Positions 28,142 to 37,205 of a stretch of 38,413 bases of DNA are shown in pieces. The DNA lies in the sequence record SRR31156797_5071. One strand, 5' to 3'. Numbering within the stretch: position 1 is the first letter of the stretch; each line of letters starts with the position of its first letter. Both the position numbers and the translations under genes were made by a program. The notes under the pieces were generated by a model. That model worked only from the letters and a program-made list of their open reading frames with translations. It made no database searches and was not told where the DNA came from.

Positions 28142-29587
28142 ATGAAAATTACCATTCAATACAAACTTTTCATGTTCATGCTTGCTACGGCAGCGTTGGT
28201 AATAGGGTACATGGGGGTGGTTACTCAATGGAGTTTTGACAAAGGATTCCTTGAATATATTGATACTCAAGAACAGGAAGAGATGGAGCTGGTAGCCACT
28301 GGGTTAGAGGCCTATTATGGAAAACACAAAAGTTGGGAAGATTTAAAAAATAATCGGTACGAACTTTTCACCATTTTTGCTCAAACTCTCCCTGAGGGAA
28401 GAAAAAAACGATTTATTCAGGAAAGAATCCGCAATAAAGAATTACCAAGATGGATTGGCGAAAAAACCCAAAAAAAAGATTCCAAACACCCCTCCCATCC
28501 GTTGGAACGCACATTGATATTAGATGAATTTGGACTTCCGTTTTTCGGTAGTCAACGGGGAGATAATTTGCCAAGCCTTCGAATACTTACCTTTCAAAAT
28601 CAGCAAATTGGTGCCATTGGCCTCTACCCTCCAGAGGTTCTCCAAGACAGTCACCAGCTGCTTTTTGTTAAAAAACAACGATTTATTATAATGGTGGTAG
28701 GCATTGCGGCCATCCTTATTTCCATTGGGTTGTCCCTCCCCCTTGCCTTCCAACTGACCAAGCCGGTACGTAGGCTGTCGGAAGCTGCCAAGCGACTAAT
28801 CAGCGGCGATTACTCTACCCGAGTCCAAGTGAGTTCTAAGGATGAACTGGGCGCACTTTCACGAGATTTCAATACCCTGGCAGAAACCCTTGCCAATAAT
28901 GAAACCCAGCGCAAACAATGGTTCAGTGATATTGCTCACGAGCTCCGAACCCCCTTGACCACTCTTCAAGGAGAAATAGAAGCGGTACAAGATGGTATCC
29001 GTCAACCTGACCAGCAAACTTTTACCAATCTCCACCAGGGAGTATTACGGTTAAACCGACTTGTTGAAGACCTGTATGATTTATCTCGTTCGGAATTAGG
29101 AGCGCTCTCCTTTTATCGAGAACAGATTGACTTTCGCGCCTTACTAGCTGATGAAATCACATCCAGACAAAATGATGCAGGAAAAGCTAACCTCAGCCTG
29201 CGCCTTAAAGCAGAACAAGAACCAGTAATTATTTCCGGTGACAAACAACGCCTGCAGCAGCTTATCAATAATTTATTAGGGAACAGTATTACGTATACAG
29301 ATCAGGGCGGAGCCATAGAAATCACCCTGCAAAGTGATGGATTTAAGGCGCAGATGGACATTATGGACTCTGCACCAGGAGTACCTGACGAAGCCTTACC
29401 ACAACTTTTTAACCGTTTATTTCGAGTTGAACAAAGTCGGAACCGATCCCTTGGCGGTGCAGGACTCGGGCTTGCGATCTGTGAGCAGATCGTGACAGCC
29501 CACAATGGAACTGTTACAGCCAACCATTCACCTACCGGAGGCCTGTGGGTCCAGGTTAGCTTACCGCTTTTGGGAGAAGCAACATGA
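28142..29587 (+). CDS. BaeS-like HAMP sensor histidine kinase
   Basis: Two TMs, HAMP (KPVRRL...DELG.L..DFN.LA), DIAHELRTPL, QLINNLLGNS, DSAPGV and GGAGLGLAI. Confidence 0.93.
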   Translation: MKITIQYKLFMFMLATAALVIGYMGVVTQWSFDKGFLEYIDTQEQEEMELVATGLEAYYGKHKSWEDLKNNRYELFTIFAQTLPEGRKKRFIQERIRNKELPRWIGEKTQKKDSKHPSHPLERTLILDEFGLPFFGSQRGDNLPSLRILTFQNQQIGAIGLYPPEVLQDSHQLLFVKKQRFIIMVVGIAAILISIGLSLPLAFQLTKPVRRLSEAAKRLISGDYSTRVQVSSKDELGALSRDFNTLAETLANNETQRKQWFSDIAHELRTPLTTLQGEIEAVQDGIRQPDQQTFTNLHQGVLRLNRLVEDLYDLSRSELGALSFYREQIDFRALLADEITSRQNDAGKANLSLRLKAEQEPVIISGDKQRLQQLINNLLGNSITYTDQGGAIEITLQSDGFKAQMDIMDSAPGVPDEALPQLFNRLFRVEQSRNRSLGGAGLGLAICEQIVTAHNGTVTANHSPTGGLWVQVSLPLLGEAT

Positions 29588-30258
29588 ACAAGAGGATATT
29601 GATAGTTGAAGATGAACCTTCGGTAGCGGAGCTGCTTAATGATTACCTGGAGGCATCAAATTACACTCCCCACATCATTGCTAATGGCCTGGAGGTGGTT
29701 ACCTGGGTGCGACGATATGATCCAGCACTAATCCTGCTCGATATCATGCTACCAGGGCTGGATGGGGTTTCTGTGTGTAAAGAATTACGAGCTTTTTCCA
29801 AAGTACCTATCATCATGACCACTGCCAGAGTGGACGAAGTAGATCGTCTGCTTGGGCTCGAACTTGGTGCGGATGACTATGTTTGCAAACCGTACAGCCC
29901 ACGGGAGGTAGTTGCCAGGGTAAAGGCGGTTCTCAGGCGGACGGGGGATGCCGGCAAAGATAGGCCAAGCAATCAGGTAACAATTGACGAAGCGGGCTGC
30001 AAGGTCTTGCTGAAAGAAAAAAATCTCAATCTAACAGCTGTAGAATACCAATTGTTTGTTACTCTGTATGCCCAACATGGGAGAATTTTTTCAAGAGATC
30101 AACTTATTGATACCATCTATCCTGATCGACGAATTGTGAACGATAGGACCATTGACAGCCATATTAAAAAACTTCGTTTAAAAATTCATAATGTCCAACC
30201 AGGAGTAGAGTTTATCCATTCTGTGTATGGGGTCGGATATAAATACGAAGATTCTTGA
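29584..30258 (+). CDS. BaeR-like OmpR-family response regulator
   Basis: ILIVEDE, LLDIMLPG, GADDYVCKPYSPREVVARV, RTIDSHIK and VYGVGY; ATGA overlap with the kinase. Confidence 0.95.
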   Translation: MNKRILIVEDEPSVAELLNDYLEASNYTPHIIANGLEVVTWVRRYDPALILLDIMLPGLDGVSVCKELRAFSKVPIIMTTARVDEVDRLLGLELGADDYVCKPYSPREVVARVKAVLRRTGDAGKDRPSNQVTIDEAGCKVLLKEKNLNLTAVEYQLFVTLYAQHGRIFSRDQLIDTIYPDRRIVNDRTIDSHIKKLRLKIHNVQPGVEFIHSVYGVGYKYEDS

Positions 30259-30360
30259 ACTGATTGGTCACAAACAACTCATGAGTATTCAAAGAACTTG
30301 ATATCGGCAAGATAGGGCTCACTGCTCGAGTAAAATGTTAAATGACCGTGAGTATACCAA

Positions 30361-32841
30361 TTATGACATGTTTTCAACCGGACTGGTTTTTTCCTGAAAA
30401 AATGTTTTTATCGTCCCGCTATCTACGGACCGCAAATGCAAATCTCTTTGAGGAAAAGGGATCTCTACTTCTGCAAGTTGGAATTCCGACTCAATATCTT
30501 GATTAAGCTCGCTTAAGACCAGAAGTTTATCGTCAAAATCAGGAATCCAGGCACGGAGTTCGAAATCAAGAGAACTCTCGCCAAAAGCCAGAAAGAGAGC
30601 AGTTGGTTTGGGGGTGCTGAGTACTCTTGGGTTTGCTTCTGCACTGGAAAGGAGAATATTAAGAACCGTTTCTATGTCAGTACCATAAGCTACTCCGACA
30701 GGAATGCGAAGGCGTACTTTCTTTTCTGCCAGAGTCCAATTGGTCACACTGTCTGTTATTAATTGTGAATTTGGGATGACAATCTCAGCGTTGTCAAAGG
30801 TCTGAACGGTTGTAGCCCTGAGCCCCAACTCCTTTACCTCACCCACCTGGGTACCAATTTCAATATAATCACCTACTTTTACAGGCCGTTCAAAAAGAAG
30901 AATTAATCCGCTGACAAAATTATTAACAATGGCTTGGAGGCCAAAACCTATACCGACCCCAAGTGCACCTCCAAGAATTGTAATCTGACGAAGTCCAAAA
31001 CCCAGCATCTTAAGAAGAATAATAACTCCAATAAACAGTATTGCGTAGTGTACAAGCCTTGAAATAGATATCTGCACTCCTTTCTCTACATTGTGACGAG
31101 GCAAAACGTCCAAGAGTAGAAAAGCTCGTACTCCTCGAGAAAAAAGGATAGTCGCATAGAGAACAACAATGATGGCAACAATTGAACCCGGAGTAACAGT
31201 GGTTGCAAATAATGTAAACTGAAGGGAACTTATAGTCTTAAAGGCTGTATTGAGCGTGGGAAATACCCAGAGTACCGTCAAAGCAGAAGCTATCCAAAGA
31301 ATAATATGCAGCAGAGCAAGAATCGGGTTCACTTGCTTCATGATAACGTCAGTATTGTTACTGATAAGATTCCATGGAATTAGGAAAAGAATGAGCTCTA
31401 ACAGGCCTCGATTGAACATAAGTAAGACTGCAATGGTAAGTGACATAGAGACAAGAGAAAGTACCTTACCAAAAAGATCCACAGCCAACTGGTCATAGCC
31501 GCCTGCTCCCACCAAAATGATCCCTACCGGGAATACTCCCCACATCGCCAAAGCCCAGGTAATCTTTTTATCGCCGCTGAACCTGCGTTTTATATACCGG
31601 CCCAGATAGTAAAAAAGGAGAAGAGCTGAAGCATAAAAAACAAAGAGGAAAAACAGTATCGAAGGTACACCTACGATGATGACTGCGATTGTAAGACCTG
31701 TATAGAAAAGCAACTGCCTCAGCAGTATCGTCTGCCAAGGTGTTTTGCTGATGAGGTCGACAAAATACCCCACCGAAACGAGTAGCGGAAAATATATTAA
31801 TGTGCCCCAGCTCGGAGGTAGATTTATATTAATTGAAAAAATATTAGCAAAACTAAAGAAAACACTGAAAATTAAAAAAGCGGAGATGACGGGATTAGCT
31901 GCAAACGGATACCAGATATATGAAGGTTTCACCAGTTTTTGTGAAAACCAGACTAATAGGGTCAACACAAAAACAATGAAAAAGCCAGAGCTAATAATGG
32001 TGACATTCTCTTTTAAATATCTCCATTGATAATGGAAAAAACGTTTGAGATTTTGCAATCCATTTAAAAATAAATGCAGATCGATCTGGTCATAAAACTC
32101 AATTGAAAGCATGGATGGGGAGGTTTGCTGTGTTCCTATTTCATGTACCTCCCTGACTAACGTTGATGTAACCTCATTTAACTCGTATATCTTGGTTTGC
32201 ACCTTGCCAATGGAGTGGCCATTCACCAGATTTGGCCCCAAACGTTCTTCAATCAACTCTTTAGCCGTTACCAGCAGTTCTTTTAAGCTCTCCACATCCG
32301 GCAACGCATCTCGAATGCCCGAATCGTTTTGTACGAGATTTAAAATTATGGAAAATTCCTCTTCTTTAGATAGCCAGTATTTATAGAGACCTTCTAATTT
32401 ATTGATATTAAAACTTACCACATCACTAATATCTTCGAGTTTCGCTCCGATTTTTATGAGTTTTGTTTCAAACCGGGTTAAGTCATGACCCGTAAGATTT
32501 GGATTAGATGTGAGACTTGTTGCCTCCCACTCCAACTCTTCAACTTCATTTTCAATGACAGGCAGCGTCTTATTTAGATCGTTGATATCATATAATTTAT
32601 CAACCTCTCGCCTCAGGTCGATGAGTTCTTTTGGTAACTCGTTTGCCCACGTGTAAACTTCTATTATACTCAGTTTCTGCTCGCTCGATATGGCCTCAGG
32701 TGTGTCTTCTGCTTGTACAATGTTGGAGTTTACTGCAGGAAGAAAGACAATTGCCACAAGCAGGATAAACAAAGACCAATGAAGGGTACCTTTTACTTTC
32801 TGCATAAAAAAAAGTGGCTCTGATTTTTTTCTTTTAAACAT
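30361..32841 (-). CDS. Large MscS-family mechanosensitive channel (MscK-like architecture)
   Basis: Signal peptide, helical periplasmic domain, many TMs, then GALGVGIGFGLQAIVNNFVSGLILLFERPVKVGD, IPNS, VTNW and IPFPQRDLH. Confidence 0.93.
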   Translation of the reverse strand: MFKRKKSEPLFFMQKVKGTLHWSLFILLVAIVFLPAVNSNIVQAEDTPEAISSEQKLSIIEVYTWANELPKELIDLRREVDKLYDINDLNKTLPVIENEVEELEWEATSLTSNPNLTGHDLTRFETKLIKIGAKLEDISDVVSFNINKLEGLYKYWLSKEEEFSIILNLVQNDSGIRDALPDVESLKELLVTAKELIEERLGPNLVNGHSIGKVQTKIYELNEVTSTLVREVHEIGTQQTSPSMLSIEFYDQIDLHLFLNGLQNLKRFFHYQWRYLKENVTIISSGFFIVFVLTLLVWFSQKLVKPSYIWYPFAANPVISAFLIFSVFFSFANIFSININLPPSWGTLIYFPLLVSVGYFVDLISKTPWQTILLRQLLFYTGLTIAVIIVGVPSILFFLFVFYASALLLFYYLGRYIKRRFSGDKKITWALAMWGVFPVGIILVGAGGYDQLAVDLFGKVLSLVSMSLTIAVLLMFNRGLLELILFLIPWNLISNNTDVIMKQVNPILALLHIILWIASALTVLWVFPTLNTAFKTISSLQFTLFATTVTPGSIVAIIVVLYATILFSRGVRAFLLLDVLPRHNVEKGVQISISRLVHYAILFIGVIILLKMLGFGLRQITILGGALGVGIGFGLQAIVNNFVSGLILLFERPVKVGDYIEIGTQVGEVKELGLRATTVQTFDNAEIVIPNSQLITDSVTNWTLAEKKVRLRIPVGVAYGTDIETVLNILLSSAEANPRVLSTPKPTALFLAFGESSLDFELRAWIPDFDDKLLVLSELNQDIESEFQLAEVEIPFPQRDLHLRSVDSGTIKTFFQEKTSPVENMS

Positions 32842-33028
32842 GTGTTCTCAGGTTGAAGCTAATAGAATATGTGCAATAAAAATGCACGATGTGGCTTCTC
32901 TCTAATCCATGCAGGTAACAAATACCGTCAGCAAGCACGTTCATGGCGTTCTTTCTGCATGTTATATTACCTCTCCGTTGTCATTTAAAATCTAGCTTAC
33001 AAAATCAATGTCCCTTCTGCCCTGGAAT

Positions 33029-35323
33029 TTATTTCAGGCCGTTAAGAAATTCCCGAGCAGGAGTGAAATCAGGATTATTTTCAAGTTGTTTAGCCGCCAG
33101 AATTCTGGCACGTTCTCTCATTCCAAATTGGAGATATAAGCCTGTTAGGGTTGTAAAATACTGGCTGTTAACCGGTTCCGTCTCAACTAACCAGAGTAGC
33201 TGCTGCTCACCCTCCTGCCAATGCTGCAGTTTCAGAAGCACCAGCGCGTAATTATAACGAACCCTCAAATAATCCGACATTCCATCTGCAGCTTGTTTAA
33301 GATAGACTGCTGACGACTCATACTTCTGCATTTCAGCAAGAAGTAACCCCAGGGAATAAGAAACTTCATACAGTTCAGGTCGCTCTTGCACCACTTGTTT
33401 GAACAGCTCCGCAGCCTTTTCTTTCTCTCCTGTTTGGTTCAGCGCCATGGCCAGGTTGACCTTTGCCGGATAGAAGTGTTTATCAATGGCAATAGCTGCT
33501 CGGTAGTAGCTCAATGCCCCTTCATGATTGCCGAGGGCAGCCTCAAGATTACCAAGATTATAACGCTGCGGGGCAAAATCACCGTTGTACAACATCGCCT
33601 GCCTGTATTGTACCAGTGCTTTGTTAAAAGCGTCCTGGTGTTCAGGCTGAACGCTCACCTTATGCCTGGCCAGTACTGCGGCTGCCTCTATACGTACAGC
33701 TTTCACTTGATCATACAGTTTTGGCTCCAACAGCTTCACCTGTGCTGTTGGTTCAAGGACATCGATATTTCTGATGGCGGTGTATCTTAAAAGAGGATCG
33801 GGGTCTCCTAGTGCCTTAATATAAGCAGGCGCTGTCGTATTACTATTATAATGAGCCAGCAACGTTAATGCCGTTGCCCGGACAATTCCAGCCTGTAGAG
33901 GATCACCCGCTAGCTGCAATAATTCGTTAACTGCTTCTGCATCATGGTTACGTCCTGCTGCTAAAATCTCTCCATAGTGGGGCTTACGAGCTATACCGTA
34001 CCATTTGTTATAGTTCTCAGTAACCCACTCGAGTCCTTTATCCTTATGACAATCAGCAGTTGAGCAGCTATTTGGCACACCAATGGTCCGACTTAAATCC
34101 GGCCTCGGCACACGGATGCTATGGTCAGGACGATAATCAAGCCCCATATACACTTGCCCTGGCATGTGACATTTTACGCATAGATGCCCTTGGCTTGGTT
34201 TTCCCTCATGTTCACGCTTATGGAAATGATGGGTTTGCGAATCATAGGTTGCTGCCCTGTGGCACTGCATGCAGACATCATTTCCTTCGCGATGCAGCTT
34301 CAGGCTGTGCACATCGTGACAATCTGTACATCGAACCCCGTGCCGGTACATCTTGGACTGGACAAAAGAACCGTATACATACACTTCATCAAGAATTTGT
34401 CCATCCGGGTGATAGAGACCTTCATTGAGCAGTGAAGGCACCATGGTGTCCAGAAGTTCTCCACCTTCATGGGTATTGTCTCCAAGTTGAAACCGTCGTG
34501 AGTGACAGGGAGCACAGAGTGTAATCTGCCTGGTGTTTTCCACAACTGAGGTCTCAACAACCAGTTTGTAATTTTCCACCTCCGGCCTCCCCATTTGTGG
34601 TTTTTCAGCCCAGGTTACATGGCTCGATCCTGGACCATGGCAGGCCTCGCATCCCACATCGATCTCAAACCAGGCGGTCGTATAGGAGTCAGTATCGGGG
34701 TTAAATTTTTTCTGTAAACGTGTCGAGTGGCACTCAGCACACATAGTATTCCAGGTTTGTCCTCCAGCTGTCCAATGCAGCCAGTCACCTTGGCCATCAA
34801 CATCATAGGGCGGTACCCTATACCATTTTTCATCTTTTACATTCCATGCGATATTAAAACATTGCAACCGCCCACCAGGAAAGGGAACGAGGTATTGCTG
34901 CAGAGGAAACACACCAAAAACATGGGTTATTTGGTAGTCTTTTGCTGGCTCCCCCTCCCTTTTTATTGCAACATAAAATTTACCCTCCTCTCGAAAAAAA
35001 CGGTTGGTGGTTCCAGCATGCGGATCTTCATAGTGCGCATTGTTAAAGTCCCCGAGTACAGTCTGCTCATTGGCAACATCCATGGCCAGATCGTGGTGAG
35101 ACCCTTGCCATTTTGTAAATACCTTTTGGTGGCATGTCCCGCATTTTTTGCTGCCGACAAATTTTGGTGACGAATCTTTTGGGGATCTATTCTGATCAGC
35201 CTGCAGGAGATACGCAAAAGGTGATACAAGAATACAACATGCGGCAATAACAGAAAAAAGTTCCCATCTACCTATACCAGACTTGGAACTATCGGGTCTT
35301 TTACTCTTGCCGTCTTGATCCAT
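33029..35323 (-). CDS. Multiheme cytochrome c (7 CxxCH + 1 CX4CH) with C-terminal HEAT-like and TPR repeats
   Basis: CGTCH, CAECH, CEACH, CAPCH, CTDCH, CMQCH, CVKCH and CSTADCH; N-terminal hydrophobic segment; VRATAL/LRYTAI/VRIEAA HEAT-like and YNLG/YSLG/YNYA TPR-like repeats. ATG 35323 lies 1 nt after the Rieske stop. Confidence 0.88.
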   Translation of the reverse strand: MDQDGKSKRPDSSKSGIGRWELFSVIAACCILVSPFAYLLQADQNRSPKDSSPKFVGSKKCGTCHQKVFTKWQGSHHDLAMDVANEQTVLGDFNNAHYEDPHAGTTNRFFREEGKFYVAIKREGEPAKDYQITHVFGVFPLQQYLVPFPGGRLQCFNIAWNVKDEKWYRVPPYDVDGQGDWLHWTAGGQTWNTMCAECHSTRLQKKFNPDTDSYTTAWFEIDVGCEACHGPGSSHVTWAEKPQMGRPEVENYKLVVETSVVENTRQITLCAPCHSRRFQLGDNTHEGGELLDTMVPSLLNEGLYHPDGQILDEVYVYGSFVQSKMYRHGVRCTDCHDVHSLKLHREGNDVCMQCHRAATYDSQTHHFHKREHEGKPSQGHLCVKCHMPGQVYMGLDYRPDHSIRVPRPDLSRTIGVPNSCSTADCHKDKGLEWVTENYNKWYGIARKPHYGEILAAGRNHDAEAVNELLQLAGDPLQAGIVRATALTLLAHYNSNTTAPAYIKALGDPDPLLRYTAIRNIDVLEPTAQVKLLEPKLYDQVKAVRIEAAAVLARHKVSVQPEHQDAFNKALVQYRQAMLYNGDFAPQRYNLGNLEAALGNHEGALSYYRAAIAIDKHFYPAKVNLAMALNQTGEKEKAAELFKQVVQERPELYEVSYSLGLLLAEMQKYESSAVYLKQAADGMSDYLRVRYNYALVLLKLQHWQEGEQQLLWLVETEPVNSQYFTTLTGLYLQFGMRERARILAAKQLENNPDFTPAREFLNGLK

Positions 35324-35324
35324 C

Positions 35325-35843
35325 TTATATCCGGGCAGCCTGGGAAGAATGGAAGGATTCACGTTTCATTGGCAGGGAAACATCTACCTTGACCATGCCA
35401 TTTTCGATTTTCACTGGGTAGTAATCCAGTGGTCTTACTGCGGGTGCAGTCAGGATTTCACCTCGTTGATCAAAGGTCGAGCCATGGCAGGGGCAGACAA
35501 ACTTTCGTTGTTCCACATCCCATGGAAGTGTACAACCCAAATGGGTGCAGGTTCGTGACAGAGCAATTAATTGACCATCCTCAAGACAGGATAGATAAAA
35601 CCGCCCTTGAGGAACAGCGGTGACTTGGCCAGGTTTAAACTGAGTTATCTCACCTGCATCTATAATAGTTACCGAGTTACCTGATTCTCTGCCCGTCCTT
35701 TTTGCGCGAAGGATCAACCCTGTCAACCAGCCTGCTTCCAGAATCGCAAGAGCAACTAATCCAGTCCAGACTCGACCCAACAATGAACGGCGCCCTACTT
35801 GGTGGGCCCCCCCTCTTTCCTGCGCCATATGTTTTTCACACAT
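35325..35843 (-). CDS. Rieske [2Fe-2S] protein (PetC/QcrA-like)
   Basis: Twin-arginine GRRSLL followed by a TM anchor; boxes CTHLGC and CPCHGS; SD AAGGA. Confidence 0.93.
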   Translation of the reverse strand: MCEKHMAQERGGAHQVGRRSLLGRVWTGLVALAILEAGWLTGLILRAKRTGRESGNSVTIIDAGEITQFKPGQVTAVPQGRFYLSCLEDGQLIALSRTCTHLGCTLPWDVEQRKFVCPCHGSTFDQRGEILTAPAVRPLDYYPVKIENGMVKVDVSLPMKRESFHSSQAARI

Positions 35844-35854
35844 ATTAAATTCCT

Positions 35855-37135
35855 TTACCCTGGTAACAAAAGAGACATACCCGGACCTCGGAACACGACA
35901 CCGACCAGTGTCAGGCCGACTGCGATCGCAATGTTCAACATAGCCATTCCCATGACAGCGTGTGCCCTCCTACATCCTCCCTTACCTCTCCAGGCCGCAT
36001 ACCATGCAGCCATCAGCAAAATATATCCGCTGTAAGGAAGTAATCCACGGTACAACCATGATTTGCCTGTATCTACGACAGCAACAGGTATAAAATGATC
36101 CAACAGCACAACACAGATAACGCAACAAAATCCTGCCCCCACTGACCACATGGCGATCCACGCCCCATGCCTATTACCAAACCAAACTCCCCCTTGGAGG
36201 ACCGTGTTTTTCCCATAAGGAAAAAACAAAAAACCAGTCAGCAGTGTTATGGGAACAATACAAATGACAAAGATAGGATGCATGTGGAGAAGAAGCTCCT
36301 GCAACCCCATAAAGTACCATGCCGCTTTGGCAGGATTCGGACTCTCGCCCGGATTAGCTATGCTTCCTATTGGCGCATCGACCAAAGTTGAAAAGAGGCA
36401 CACTACAGCAAGCAACCCAAGAGCGAATGCGATTTCACGTCGTATAAGGTGTGGACTGACCAAAACCATATGGTCCATGCCTGGAGTTTTTTTGTCTCTA
36501 CGAACAAGACCTCCAGCTTTACGAACCAGCCAGAAGTGGCGGAAAATAAAATAGAGAAGAAGAGCAGGAAGGATGCCGACATGCAGTGCAAAAAATATAC
36601 TAAGAGTCTGTTGATCAACTTCCTGGCCGCTTCGTAGTAACGCCGCCAGGGACTCACCGAAGATTGGGACATACATCACCATGGATAAAAAAATTGTTAC
36701 TGCCCAGTAGGCCAATTGATCCCAAGGCAAAAGATACCCAGTAAAATTCATAAAAAGGATGGTTAGCAACAGTACCATTCCAACACACCAGTTATATTGC
36801 CTTCCCTCAGCCAGGGCTCCTGTCAACAGTACCCGCAGCATATGAAGGAAGGTGACAACCACCAATAAATTACCACACCAATGATGAATATTTCTTAGAA
36901 ATCCCGCAGGATTCCCGGGGGCATACATCTTCAACACAGACGAATAGGCACCAGGAATTTCAGCAGAATAGGACAACAACTGAAAAACCCCTGAGATAAA
37001 TAAAGCGACCACCAAGGTCATGGCCATGCCTCCCAGCCCAAAGCTCAGAGTGATACGGAGGGTATCGATTTGGACTTTACGAGGGTGGAGGTGTAATAAA
37101 AATGCGCTTAACGATCGGCTCTTTCCATCAGTCAT
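35855..37135 (-). CDS. Cytochrome b of a Rieske/cytb complex (b6-like N-half and subunit-IV-like C-half in one polypeptide)
   Basis: LGG, RNIHHW...LHMLRV, TGYLLPWDQLAYWA, FALHV...RHFW and NPAKAAWYF; four heme-b histidines present. Confidence 0.92.
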   Translation of the reverse strand: MTDGKSRSLSAFLLHLHPRKVQIDTLRITLSFGLGGMAMTLVVALFISGVFQLLSYSAEIPGAYSSVLKMYAPGNPAGFLRNIHHWCGNLLVVVTFLHMLRVLLTGALAEGRQYNWCVGMVLLLTILFMNFTGYLLPWDQLAYWAVTIFLSMVMYVPIFGESLAALLRSGQEVDQQTLSIFFALHVGILPALLLYFIFRHFWLVRKAGGLVRRDKKTPGMDHMVLVSPHLIRREIAFALGLLAVVCLFSTLVDAPIGSIANPGESPNPAKAAWYFMGLQELLLHMHPIFVICIVPITLLTGFLFFPYGKNTVLQGGVWFGNRHGAWIAMWSVGAGFCCVICVVLLDHFIPVAVVDTGKSWLYRGLLPYSGYILLMAAWYAAWRGKGGCRRAHAVMGMAMLNIAIAVGLTLVGVVFRGPGMSLLLPG

Positions 37136-37205
37136 ACTGGACGTATAAACTCATAGTTCTGGTTAAAAAGTTGTTACCGGCGTTGACTCATCACCATTTT
37201 TTGCA

